A stretch of 64,000 bases of DNA from Candidatus Latescibacterota bacterium (GTDB taxonomy: Bacteria; Latescibacterota; UBA2968; GCA-2709665). The notes below the pieces were generated by a model. The model saw only the letters and a list, made by a program, of their open reading frames with translations. It did no database searches and had not been told where the DNA came from. The first letter of the stretch is position 1, and each line of letters starts with the position of its first letter. Shown piece by piece: positions 1-9,413 of the stretch. Location of the stretch: assembly GCA_965226795.1 (NCBI GenBank), contig CBDDDZ010000004.1, positions 768,001-832,000 of the forward strand. The letters are read 5' to 3'. Made by a program: the position numbers and the translations under genes.

Positions 1-226
1 ACCGGCCCGTGGCGTCCCCTGAAGGCGTATTATGGAGAGAGGAAGCCCTGGCAGGCACAACGGGTTCGCGCCAGGGAGAAAGACGGAGCCTCATAAATCA
101 GCCAATTCCGCCGGTGGTTCACGTGGGCCGGCGAAGCGATACGGTTAACGCCTGCCCCCTATCAATCGGCCACGTGACCTGGGCGGGCAAACACCACGCC
201 TACGGCCGTCTCAAACGAATCAGCAT

Positions 227-268
227 CCCCTTCGGCAACGCAATAAGATTGTTGCGTTGCCGAAGGGG
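227..268. other. Perfect 17-bp inverted repeat (hairpin) upstream of the Mg-transport cluster
   Basis: ccccttcggcaacgcaa (227-243) / ttgcgttgccgaagggg (252-268); no U-tract follows. Confidence 0.6.
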
Positions 269-386
269 TGAATCTCTAAGCCATAAGCGTTGAACAGTCA
301 GGCCCTTCCACCGTGCCTCCGGCTGGCTGTGTGATGGGTGCGCTGAAAGCTGACGGCTTATTTTCAGGCCAGAAAGGTAAAAGGAA

Positions 387-1199
387 TTGTCTTACCAGGA
401 ACTGATAGCTCAACTCAAGGCGCAGGTCCAGCATATCGCCCATCAACTCATCGATGCCGCGCCCCGGATCGCCGGCGCCCTGGCCCTGGCGTTACTGGGT
501 CTCGCGCTGGCTTACCTGGTCTGCGCCCTGAGCCGCAGGTTGATCGCCGGGCTGGACCGGTTGGTTCCGCGTCTCAGGCTGCACAGAGGGCGGGCGGCGG
601 AATTCCGGACCGCCGCGGGTTGGGCCGTCGGTCGCGTGCTCTTCTGGCTGGTTCTGCTCTTTTTTCTCACGGTGGCCACCGAAATACTGGGGCTGCCCGT
701 GGTGTCCGTATGGCTCAACGGCATTGTCGTCTATCTGCCCCGGTTCCTCGCGGCCGTCCTGATCCTGTTCGCCGGCCTGGTGGGCGGTCAGTTTCTAAGG
801 GATGTCATCGTGTCGACGGGGATTTCCTACGCGACGGCCCTTGCGCGCCTGGGTCAGATGTCGGTGGTGGTCGCGAGTTCCCTGATCGCCGTGAACCAGG
901 CGGGTCTGAACGTCGACCTGCTGACCAGCGGACTGCTTCTCGTCTTCGGAATCGGCCTTCTGGGCAGCGCCCTGACCTTTGCGCTCGGGGCCCGTACCAC
1001 CGTGGCCAATATACTGGCCTCGTACTACCTGCAAAAAACCTACAGGGTGGGCCACCGGGTCCGCGTCGGGAACTACCAGGGAGAGATCGTCCAGATCACC
1101 GCCACCGTTGTGGTGCTGGATGCCGAGGAGGGGCGTATCTCGGTGCCCGCGTCGGTCTTTGCCGAACAGGCGTCTATCCTGCTCGTAGAGAGGAATTGA
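387..1199 (+). CDS. Small-conductance mechanosensitive channel (MscS-like) with TM-helix repeats
   Basis: Hydrophobic helices with PRIAGAL/LPRFLAA repeats; C-terminal YRVGHRVRVGNYQGEIVQI MscS beta domain; TTG start. Confidence 0.75.
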   Translation: MSYQELIAQLKAQVQHIAHQLIDAAPRIAGALALALLGLALAYLVCALSRRLIAGLDRLVPRLRLHRGRAAEFRTAAGWAVGRVLFWLVLLFFLTVATEILGLPVVSVWLNGIVVYLPRFLAAVLILFAGLVGGQFLRDVIVSTGISYATALARLGQMSVVVASSLIAVNQAGLNVDLLTSGLLLVFGIGLLGSALTFALGARTTVANILASYYLQKTYRVGHRVRVGNYQGEIVQITATVVVLDAEEGRISVPASVFAEQASILLVERN

Positions 1200-1203
1200 A
1201 ACG

Positions 1204-2052
1204 ATGGACAGGGCATCGAATCTGATTGATCACTTTATCCGCGGCCACGCCCCGGAAGCCGCCCGTGTATTGGAAAATTGCTCGCTGGACGAACTCGTGC
1301 CCTTCTTCTCCCGGACCCCGCCCGAACTGGCTACCGCCCTTTTCAACACCATGGAATCGAGCACTGCCGTGGCCTGTCTGGAGCGTATGCCGGCCACGAA
1401 TGCCGCAGGCGCCCTGGAGGGGGTGTCGGCGGATCGCGCCGCCCACCTCGTTCGCCGACTGAAGCCGGAGACGAGAGCGGCGATCCTGGAAGCGTTGCCC
1501 GACGATCTCACAAGGCACCTGAATCGCCTGTTGCGTTACCGCGAGGAGACCGCCGGAGCATTGATGGAGTCGCTGGTCTTCACCGTCCCGCCCGAAATTT
1601 CCGCCGGGGAGGCGCTGGCCAGATTACGGGCCAATCAGGCCCGCGTCCTGTATTATGTGTACGTCGTGAAGCGCGATCAGACACTGGCCGGCGTTCTCAG
1701 TCTCCGGGAACTGCTGGCTGCCGATGAAGGGTTATCCGTGGCCTCCCTTATGCGAAAGGACGTGATGTTTGTGCGAACGGACGATTCGCTGGCTTCGGTG
1801 CTCGTCCATCCATCGTGGATGGATTTCCACATCCTGCCCGTACTCGACGAACAGGATCTGTTCGCCGGGGCGCTACGCCACAAGACCCTCCGTCAACTGG
1901 CCGGGCTCACCGACCGCCTCGTACAGCCCGGCCAGGCAGGGACGGCACTGGGAGAATTATATCGCATCGGGCTGTCTTCCCTGGTAAAAAGCGTCCTTGG
2001 GGCGGAAAATCTCCAACCGCCCAATGCCGATCATCCCGGTCGCCAGCTTTGA
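1204..2052 (+). CDS. Soluble MgtE N-domain + CBS-pair protein (no TM domain)
   Basis: YREETAGALM, YYVYVV, GVLSLRELL, LPVLD CBS motifs of MgtE; no hydrophobic C-terminal domain. Confidence 0.75.
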   Translation: MDRASNLIDHFIRGHAPEAARVLENCSLDELVPFFSRTPPELATALFNTMESSTAVACLERMPATNAAGALEGVSADRAAHLVRRLKPETRAAILEALPDDLTRHLNRLLRYREETAGALMESLVFTVPPEISAGEALARLRANQARVLYYVYVVKRDQTLAGVLSLRELLAADEGLSVASLMRKDVMFVRTDDSLASVLVHPSWMDFHILPVLDEQDLFAGALRHKTLRQLAGLTDRLVQPGQAGTALGELYRIGLSSLVKSVLGAENLQPPNADHPGRQL

Positions 2053-2165
2053 TTGCGTATAGGTACCACACGTGCCGTCACCGGGATTCTCGTTGACCGG
2101 TCACCGGTACAGCGGGGACATGCCCTGACGTAGCAGGTGAGCACTCATCCGGCAAGGAGTCAGGT

Positions 2166-3485
2166 ATGACTGAAAACACGCAGGCCTCGCAAGCCCTGAT
2201 CCGAGCCTTTTTTCGGCTCCATCCGGGTGAGGCCGCCCGTGCGCTGGCCCAGACGCCAGTGCCCGAGGCGCTTGAGCTGCTTGAATCCCAGGCCGGCGAC
2301 AGGGGCGCGCAGGTCTTTGAGCGCTTGGATCCGGATCGGGCCATCCTGCTTGTCGAGAACATGGAGGGTTCCCTGTTCCGGACACTATGGGCGGCTATGG
2401 ACGAAGGCGTCGCGGCCTCGCTCCTGGCCCGGCTGTCGCCGAAAAGCCGGTCCGAGCGCCTGGACGCCCTGCCCGCCGGACTGGCTGCTGAAATGAAGGA
2501 ACTGATGAGCTATCCGGCCGGATCGGCCGGTCAGATCATGGATAGCTCGGTGACCGTATTCAGCGCCGAGGAGACAGCGGTGGAGGCGCTCACCCGCATC
2601 CGTTCGTTTCCGGAACGGCGCATCCTCGATCTGTGCGTCGTGGACGATAACGGGAAGCTTACCGCGGTACTTCCGTTACAGGAGGTCGCCGTGGCCCAGC
2701 CCGGAGACCGCCTTGGACAACTGGCGGACGGGCCTCCCGTGTCCGTGCAGGCCATGTCATCGACAGAAGGAGTGGTAGAACTGCTTGACGCCCACAAGTT
2801 GGCTTCGCTGCCCGTTGTCGGTGGCGTCGAGGGTCGGCTTTGCGGAATCATCCGCCATGATGCCCTGGTGGTGGCCGCCAGGCATGAGGCAAGCGAGAAA
2901 GTGCAGACCATGGTCGGCGCCGGCAGGGAGGAACGCGCCCTTTCGGGACCCGTGCTGGCCGTGCGCAATCGGCTGCCCTGGCTGCAGGTCAATCTGGCGA
3001 CGGCCTTTCTGGCCGCGGCGGCCGTCGCCCTTTTCGAGGACACAATCGCCATGTTCACCGCCCTGGCCGTGTTTCTGCCCGTGGTCGCCGGACAGGCGGG
3101 CAATACCGGCGCACAGGCCCTGGCCGTGACCTCCCGCGGCCTGGCCCTGCGCGAGTTCAGACCGCGCCGCTGGTTTTACGTTGCCCGCAAGGAACTGCTG
3201 GCCGGGTTTGTCAACGGGCTGGCCGTGGCCCTGGTGGCGTCTCTGGCGGCCTACCTGTGGTCCGGCACGGCGTGGCTTCCCCTTGTACTGGCCGTATCCA
3301 TGGTGTTTTCCATGTCCATGGCCAGTCTCACAGGGGCCCTCATTCCAATCGTTCTCACGGCTTCGGGCAAGGACCCGGCCCAGTCGGCCTCGATTTTTCT
3401 GACCACCGTCACGGACGTTATAGGATTCGTCAGTTTTCTGGGGCTGGCCACCCTGTTGGCGGGATCTTTCGGCCTGTCCTTTTAA
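2166..3485 (+). CDS. mgtE: Magnesium transporter MgtE
   Basis: N-domain, CBS pair, RLPWL, AGNTGAQ, DPAQSAS..TTVTDVIG membrane signatures. Confidence 0.9.
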   Translation: MTENTQASQALIRAFFRLHPGEAARALAQTPVPEALELLESQAGDRGAQVFERLDPDRAILLVENMEGSLFRTLWAAMDEGVAASLLARLSPKSRSERLDALPAGLAAEMKELMSYPAGSAGQIMDSSVTVFSAEETAVEALTRIRSFPERRILDLCVVDDNGKLTAVLPLQEVAVAQPGDRLGQLADGPPVSVQAMSSTEGVVELLDAHKLASLPVVGGVEGRLCGIIRHDALVVAARHEASEKVQTMVGAGREERALSGPVLAVRNRLPWLQVNLATAFLAAAAVALFEDTIAMFTALAVFLPVVAGQAGNTGAQALAVTSRGLALREFRPRRWFYVARKELLAGFVNGLAVALVASLAAYLWSGTAWLPLVLAVSMVFSMSMASLTGALIPIVLTASGKDPAQSASIFLTTVTDVIGFVSFLGLATLLAGSFGLSF

Positions 3486-3497
3486 AAGCGCGTGACG

Positions 3498-4274
3498 TTA
3501 TTTTCCCCCCGCCATGCCTGACTTTGTCGTCCTGATAAATTCGATAATATCGTCGGTAACGTCCATCACATGAACCCCCGCCGGCACGACAAATTCGAAT
3601 CGATCGTCGTCTACCTTTACGTTTGTTTTCAACGTTTCAAAATGCCGTGAAAGCAGTTCCTTACCGGCAGCACTATAGTAACTCACCGCCCTCAACAACC
3701 CATCTTCCGGGTGAATGGAAAAACGAACCCTGGCGGGCGGCTCCGAGAGGTCTGCATATAGCAGTGTAACCTCCGGCACGGCTTCGAATACGCGAAGGAT
3801 CCCGCCCTTCAGCGTGTCGGTCCCCACATATCGGATGGATTTCCATTCAAGCGCGAGGAAGGGGCGCGTGGGATTCGGCTGGTCCGCGTGCGCCTCCACC
3901 TGCGTCGCACGATAGACCCTCGCGTTGTTGATTCGGTAGACGATCTTCTCCTCGGGGTCATATCGCCACAACAGGCTGCCATCCGACACGATCGTCTGAC
4001 GGATCCGCCCGGCAAGGACGCGCGCCACGTGCATTTTGGCCGGCGCCTGTATGGTAATATCGTCCAGAATCTCGAATTGCTCGCCTTCCACCGTCAACAG
4101 GGTTCTGACCCGGGTTTCACAGGTCTTGATCGGCTTCAGCTTTTCCTGAATCGCGACCATCAGACCATCGGTCTTCGTATCGCCGGTTGACATCTTGTCC
4201 GCGCTCGCCCGCCCTCCCATCGCCATCGCACACAGCGCAAGGCAAACCGTCAGCGTTGTCCGAATCGTAAACAT
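3498..4274 (-). CDS. LolA-like outer-membrane lipoprotein carrier / sorting protein
   Basis: Signal-peptide-like N terminus; IVSDGSLLWRYDP and DDDRFEFVVPAGVHV LolA motifs; AAGGAG RBS before ATG 4274. Confidence 0.7.
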   Translation of the reverse strand: MFTIRTTLTVCLALCAMAMGGRASADKMSTGDTKTDGLMVAIQEKLKPIKTCETRVRTLLTVEGEQFEILDDITIQAPAKMHVARVLAGRIRQTIVSDGSLLWRYDPEEKIVYRINNARVYRATQVEAHADQPNPTRPFLALEWKSIRYVGTDTLKGGILRVFEAVPEVTLLYADLSEPPARVRFSIHPEDGLLRAVSYYSAAGKELLSRHFETLKTNVKVDDDRFEFVVPAGVHVMDVTDDIIEFIRTTKSGMAGGK

Positions 4275-4527
4275 ACCGGAACTCCTTTCCCGGGTGGCAG
4301 GTTGAGAACATCTGATTGAAAAAACCGGCATCCCCTCTCCACGCCGGACTTCCCGCCGGGCCATCTATCCAACCTGATTGAACCCCGAAAGTCACTCCCT
4401 CCAGGACCTAAATCATCGTCAGGGTCCGCAAGACCGTCGTTGGCTCCCGTCGAACGGGCGACTGAGCGGACCCAACGCCTTTAACGGCCTGATCACGACC
4501 GCCCCCAAGAGAATCGTCGAACGCCCA

Positions 4528-5268
4528 TTACAATTTTCGGAAGATCACTCCCACAACCAACCCCGCAGCCAGCGCCACGACAACCGAGATCAGGCCGTAG
4601 AGACCCCCATGCTGGAACGCGGCGTCGGAAAGCACACGAACGAGCCCGGCTTTTTCGACGGTAAACGTCCGAACGGTCTCCGAAACCGGACGGTCTTCTT
4701 TGAAACAGTAAAGTGTCGCGCGATAGGCTCCGGATCGAATAGCGGCGGGAATCCGGAATTCCGCTCGGAAATCAGCGATCCCGCCGTCTCCATCTGACAA
4801 CACAATCGTCCCGGGCCGCACCGCGTAAAATCCACGCTGTGTTTCCAGGCGCAGGAACTCGTCGAACACGAAGCCGTCATCGCCGGGAGGCGACTGTTCA
4901 ATGGTGACGCTCCTCCGAAGCGCTTCGAACCCCTCCCCGACGGTTTCCAGTTGCCGCGCGACGTCCGGCGAATCGCTCGAGGCGGCGACCACATAGAGGG
5001 CGGGCAGCGAGTCGAACACAACACGGCCCGTACTGATCCACAAAGGGCCGCGTCTGTCCTTTCTGCGATACGAAACGGCGCGCCGTTCCCCTTCAAGTTT
5101 CAAAACGACCCGGCAATCTTTCGGTACCCTGCCGGTTGCGACAAGCCTTGCGCCCTGGAAGAAGAGGTCGACCTCTATGTGTGAAGGAAGTAGCTGGAGC
5201 AAGGGTTCTGCCGCGCAGGGCACGGACAGAAGCGCCATCAACATCCCGGCCCAGGCCCGACTGTTCAT
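4528..5268 (-). CDS. TIGR02186-like transmembrane protein (usual TauE partner)
   Basis: RRKDRRGPLWI, C-terminal LYGLISVVVAL TM; ATGA overlap with the upstream TauE gene. Confidence 0.7.
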   Translation of the reverse strand: MNSRAWAGMLMALLSVPCAAEPLLQLLPSHIEVDLFFQGARLVATGRVPKDCRVVLKLEGERRAVSYRRKDRRGPLWISTGRVVFDSLPALYVVAASSDSPDVARQLETVGEGFEALRRSVTIEQSPPGDDGFVFDEFLRLETQRGFYAVRPGTIVLSDGDGGIADFRAEFRIPAAIRSGAYRATLYCFKEDRPVSETVRTFTVEKAGLVRVLSDAAFQHGGLYGLISVVVALAAGLVVGVIFRKL

Positions 5269-6257
5269 CCGCGCCCTCCCCAGTCGGTAAGCAGAATAGC
5301 CGGCTCCGACAGAAGATCCGCCAGCATTTTTCCCATCACCAGGAGCACAATCGCCGCCAGAAGCATCTTGAACTGCTGCATCCCCAACCGCCTGCCAATG
5401 CGTACACCCGCCTGGGTACCCAGCGTTGACCCCGCGAGCAGCGTCAACGCCAGCACGAAATCCACCGTATGGTTCGTATAGGCATGCATCAGGGTCACGT
5501 TGATACAGGTAAACATCACCTGCAACAGGCTTGTTCCCACCACCACGGGCATGGGCATCTTCAACACGTACAGCATGGTCGGCACCATAATAAAACCGCC
5601 GCCCACCCCCATAATTGCCGACAGCATACCCACTACGACGCCCAATCCCAACGGCACCAGCAACGACATGGTCCTTCCGGCCGTCTCGAACCGCATTTTC
5701 CACGGTAGCGCCCGGTTGAGCCCGACGAACCAGGACGCCACCCGGGCCATCCTGCTCACCCAGGCCAGCGGGCGTACCGCCCAGGTTATCCGCAATTCCT
5801 CCCTGGCGCGGTCTGCAGCCTTTACCATGATTCCCGCGCGCATACCCAACACGCCGTCCACGAACATAATGCCGCCTACCAGCGCCAGCATGAGCACGTA
5901 GCTGATATGTATGGCCACATCCGCGCTGCCGGCGGCCCGCAGCACCTTGATAAGCTGCACGCCGGCTGTACCACCGGCGAACCCGCCGACAACCAACAAA
6001 AAGGCCATCCGCAAATCGACGTTTTTCAGCCGCCAGTGGGCATAGACGCCGGATGCCGACGCCGCGACGATCTGATTGGCATCGGAAGCCGCGGCAATTG
6101 TGGGTTGAATCCCGATCATGATTAACAGAGGTGTCAACAGAAAGCCGCCACCCACGCCGAACAGGCCGGAAAGCACGCCCACGCCGGCACCCAACGCCAA
6201 CAGCATCCATAGGTTGACGCTAGTGCCCGCAATGGGCAAATACAGAGAAAGATCCAC
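5265..6257 (-). CDS. Sulfite exporter TauE/SafE family protein
   Basis: Two SGLFGVGGGF / SAIMGVGGGF repeats; GTG start after GGAGG. Confidence 0.85.
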   Translation of the reverse strand: MDLSLYLPIAGTSVNLWMLLALGAGVGVLSGLFGVGGGFLLTPLLIMIGIQPTIAAASDANQIVAASASGVYAHWRLKNVDLRMAFLLVVGGFAGGTAGVQLIKVLRAAGSADVAIHISYVLMLALVGGIMFVDGVLGMRAGIMVKAADRAREELRITWAVRPLAWVSRMARVASWFVGLNRALPWKMRFETAGRTMSLLVPLGLGVVVGMLSAIMGVGGGFIMVPTMLYVLKMPMPVVVGTSLLQVMFTCINVTLMHAYTNHTVDFVLALTLLAGSTLGTQAGVRIGRRLGMQQFKMLLAAIVLLVMGKMLADLLSEPAILLTDWGGRG

Positions 6258-6643
6258 GCCGTCCTCCCGAAATCCGCGCCACGATCGGCGAATACACAAC
6301 CGGTCTCATAATCTCCCACGCGGGGTGAAAAGTCAAGCGGAAATGCCGGGTTCAACGTCCACGAATGGGACCACGGGACCCCGCAGCAACCAGGCGTAAC
6401 AAATGCGCCCGGGGCTGATGTCGCCCGTTCTCATTTGTCCAGGCCGTCTCATTTTCTCTTTTAAATTAAACCTGTACAGCTTAGCTTTCGATTCACGGAC
6501 CCGTCAATCTCTGCCTGCAATATCCGGATTAAGGCGATCTGCGGCCGTTCCCGTCCGGCCACGGGAGATAAGCCCACAACGGGCTCTGGTTGTCCCGTGA
6601 TCATTGCGCGCCACCTGTCACTTCATCGTAGAGGAGCGGATTT

Positions 6644-8320
6644 ATGCCCCGCCTGACCGGCGGCCGGTTCATCGCTGAAACGTTCCACGGATACGGCATC
6701 ACCCATGTCTTTTTCATGCCCGTGATCGCGCCTCGCGCCCTGATGGAAATGGAACGGCTGGGAATCCGGCGCATCATGACCCATGGCGAAAAAAGCGCGG
6801 CCTATATGGCCGACGCCTATGCGCGCGTCCGCCGCGGCGCCGGCATCTGCATGGCCCAATCCGTGGGCGCAGCCAACCTCGCGGCCGGGCTTCAGGACGC
6901 GTACCTCGCGTGTTCTCCCGTCATCGCGATCACCGGGCGTCAGACACAGATCAACCGGCACCGGCACGCGTACCAGGAAGTGGACCACGTTGCGCCTTTC
7001 GACGCGGTCACCAAGTACAACGTCCTGGTGGACCGGCCCGAGCAACTCCCCTATTTCCTCAGGCAGGCCTTCCGGGAAGCCACCACGGCAACGCCCGGGC
7101 CGGTTCATCTCGACATGGCGGGATTCATCGGGGAAGTCGTGGCGAACGGCGAAGCCGAAATGGACGTGGTCGTTGAAGAACCCTTCGCTCGCCTGCCCCC
7201 CTTCCGGCCTGAGCCCGATCCCGAAGCCGTTCGCAAGGCGGTCGATCTACTGGCGGCGGCGGAACGACCCATCATGGTCGCCGGTGGCGGGATCGTCGCC
7301 TCCGGCGCAGGCGCCGCGCTACGAGCCTTTGCGGAAAAACTCGCCATTCCCGTAGCGACGTCGTTGAACGCCAAAGAGGCCTTCCCCTATGACCATCCCC
7401 TCGCCGTGGGTGTCTGTGGGTTGTACTCTCGCGAATGCGCCAACCGCGCCGTCTCCGAGGCGGACCTGGTCTTCTTTATCGGGAGCCACACCGGCGGACA
7501 GGTCACGAACGACTGGACCGTCCCCCCGGCCGGCACCCATGTCATACAACTCGACATCAACCCGGCCGAAATCGGACGCTCCTACCCGATCCGGCTTGGA
7601 ATCCAGGCCGACGCGAAGGTCGGCCTGAGCCGTCTGATCGAAGCTGTGTCTGCATCCGTCACACGTAGCGCCTGGACTTCGCGCGTCCGGCAACTTACCT
7701 CCGAATGGCGGGATAGCGTGACCCCGTTCGTCAACTCCGACGACGTTCCCATTCGACCCGAGCGGCTGTGCCGGGAACTGACCCGACACCTGCCCTCCGA
7801 CGCCATTCTCGTTTCCGATACCGGCCACTCCGGAATCTGGACCGGTACCATGATCGATCTCAAACATCCGGGTCAGTCCTATGTCAGATGTTCCGGCTCC
7901 CTGGGCTGGGGCATTCCCGCCGCCGTCGGCGCCCGGTGCGCCGCCCCGGATCGCCCGGTTGTGTGCTTTACGGGTGACGGCGGCATCTGGTATCACGTCA
8001 CGGAACTGGACACGGCCGCCCGAAACGACATTCCGGTTGTCATCGTGGTCAACAACAACCACTCGCTGAACCAGGAACAGGAACTCAACGAAGATATCTA
8101 CGGAGGCCCGGAACCGGGATCCGACGAACTCTGGCATATGACGGACGGCGACTTTGTGAAAATGGCGGAATCGATGGACTGCATTGGCATCACGGTTCGC
8201 CGGGCCGGGGAGTTCGGGAGCGCCCTCGACCAGGCGGTTACATCGGGAAAACCCGCCGTGATCGACGTCAAGACCCACATCGAGGGCATCGCCCCGCCGG
8301 TGTGGACTCCGCCGGCCTGA
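6644..8320 (+). CDS. Thiamine pyrophosphate-binding enzyme (acetolactate synthase large-subunit-like)
   Basis: AAYMADAYAR, GPVHLD, GDGG...NN TPP motif. Confidence 0.85.
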   Translation: MPRLTGGRFIAETFHGYGITHVFFMPVIAPRALMEMERLGIRRIMTHGEKSAAYMADAYARVRRGAGICMAQSVGAANLAAGLQDAYLACSPVIAITGRQTQINRHRHAYQEVDHVAPFDAVTKYNVLVDRPEQLPYFLRQAFREATTATPGPVHLDMAGFIGEVVANGEAEMDVVVEEPFARLPPFRPEPDPEAVRKAVDLLAAAERPIMVAGGGIVASGAGAALRAFAEKLAIPVATSLNAKEAFPYDHPLAVGVCGLYSRECANRAVSEADLVFFIGSHTGGQVTNDWTVPPAGTHVIQLDINPAEIGRSYPIRLGIQADAKVGLSRLIEAVSASVTRSAWTSRVRQLTSEWRDSVTPFVNSDDVPIRPERLCRELTRHLPSDAILVSDTGHSGIWTGTMIDLKHPGQSYVRCSGSLGWGIPAAVGARCAAPDRPVVCFTGDGGIWYHVTELDTAARNDIPVVIVVNNNHSLNQEQELNEDIYGGPEPGSDELWHMTDGDFVKMAESMDCIGITVRRAGEFGSALDQAVTSGKPAVIDVKTHIEGIAPPVWTPPA

Positions 8321-8406
8321 GACAGGTTTAGCGACGCGGCACGCCGAAGTGCTTTCAACCCGCAGAGACGGACGGACTCCGTCGGCGCCGGGAAAGGGAT
8401 AAACCC

Positions 8407-9282
8407 ATGTCGTCCCCAAACGAAGGTGGTCTCAAACTACTGGTCGTGGTCGCTCACCCGCACGATGTGTGCCACATGGGGGGCACCTGCGCGCACCACG
8501 TCGACCGCGGCGACCACGTCTCCGTGGTGGCGTTAACCGGCGGGCAGCGCACCCACAATGAAAAACTGGCCGACGAACTGCGCAAGCCGCCCGCCCGGAG
8601 AGACAGGAACGTCGTTGACGGATCCCGGGAGAGTTATGCAAAGTGCAAAACACGCGAATTCGTCAGGGCGTGCGCCGTCTTCGGCATCACCGACGTGACT
8701 GTGCTTCCGTTTTCGGATCATCCCTTCGAGGTCACCGACGACGTGGTGTCGGCGCTTGCCGAGATTCTGTACGATGTCCGTCCTCAAATGATTCTGACCC
8801 ATGCACCCTACACCTTGCCCGACCGCCGCTGTCACTACGCATGGGTCAACGACCATACCGCGGCCGGTATTGCCGTGCAAAAGGCGCTCAACCACGTGTC
8901 TATCCCCGACACCGAGCGGGGTCGCGCGCCTCACAGGGTGGCTTCCATCTACTATACGGGCGTCGACTACGGGTTCCACGAGGTCGACGTCTGTATCGAT
9001 ATCTCCGATCAGGTCGACAAGCGGATAGAGGCCGAGACAATATTCGAATCCCAGGGGCACACGGCGGAATTCGCGAGAAAGCGGATCGAGTCCAGCGCCG
9101 GATTTCAGGGGTGGAAGGCCAACATCGGCTACGCCGAGACCTTCATCCGCGGGTACAGGGAGATTTCACGGTGTCTATCCGTCACCGAGGAGAACCTCCG
9201 GCTCGCGGAGAGTTCACACGAGGAGCGCCTGCGCTGGATTACCGGCCAAGGCCCGCATGACGGTGAACAGGCTGTAAGTTAG
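8407..9282 (+). CDS. PIG-L/LmbE family deacetylase
   Basis: VVAHPHD, LTGG, NDH, VDVCIDIS, YAETF motifs. Confidence 0.8.
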   Translation: MSSPNEGGLKLLVVVAHPHDVCHMGGTCAHHVDRGDHVSVVALTGGQRTHNEKLADELRKPPARRDRNVVDGSRESYAKCKTREFVRACAVFGITDVTVLPFSDHPFEVTDDVVSALAEILYDVRPQMILTHAPYTLPDRRCHYAWVNDHTAAGIAVQKALNHVSIPDTERGRAPHRVASIYYTGVDYGFHEVDVCIDISDQVDKRIEAETIFESQGHTAEFARKRIESSAGFQGWKANIGYAETFIRGYREISRCLSVTEENLRLAESSHEERLRWITGQGPHDGEQAVS

Positions 9283-9413
9283 CAAAGACGGGCTGTATGG
9301 CGCGTTTCGCACGCGCGTGCCGGGTACCCGTGGATTGCTGTTGCCAATACGCTCGGGATTCCACATATTCACGCAACTGACGTGCGTTTATCACTTGCCT
9401 ATCCCACAACCCG

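Noticed and set aside
262..360. c-di-AMP (ydaO) or M-box riboswitch upstream of the mgtE cluster
   Set aside because: GGGGTGAATC and TAAGCGTT are only ~8 nt apart with the ydaO core missing; the GCTGAAAGCT match is better explained by a heptamer repeat seen elsewhere
4528..6210. 560-aa ORF as a single protein
   Set aside because: Its first ~310 aa overlap the TauE gene in another frame; the real start is the ATGA-coupled ATG at 5268
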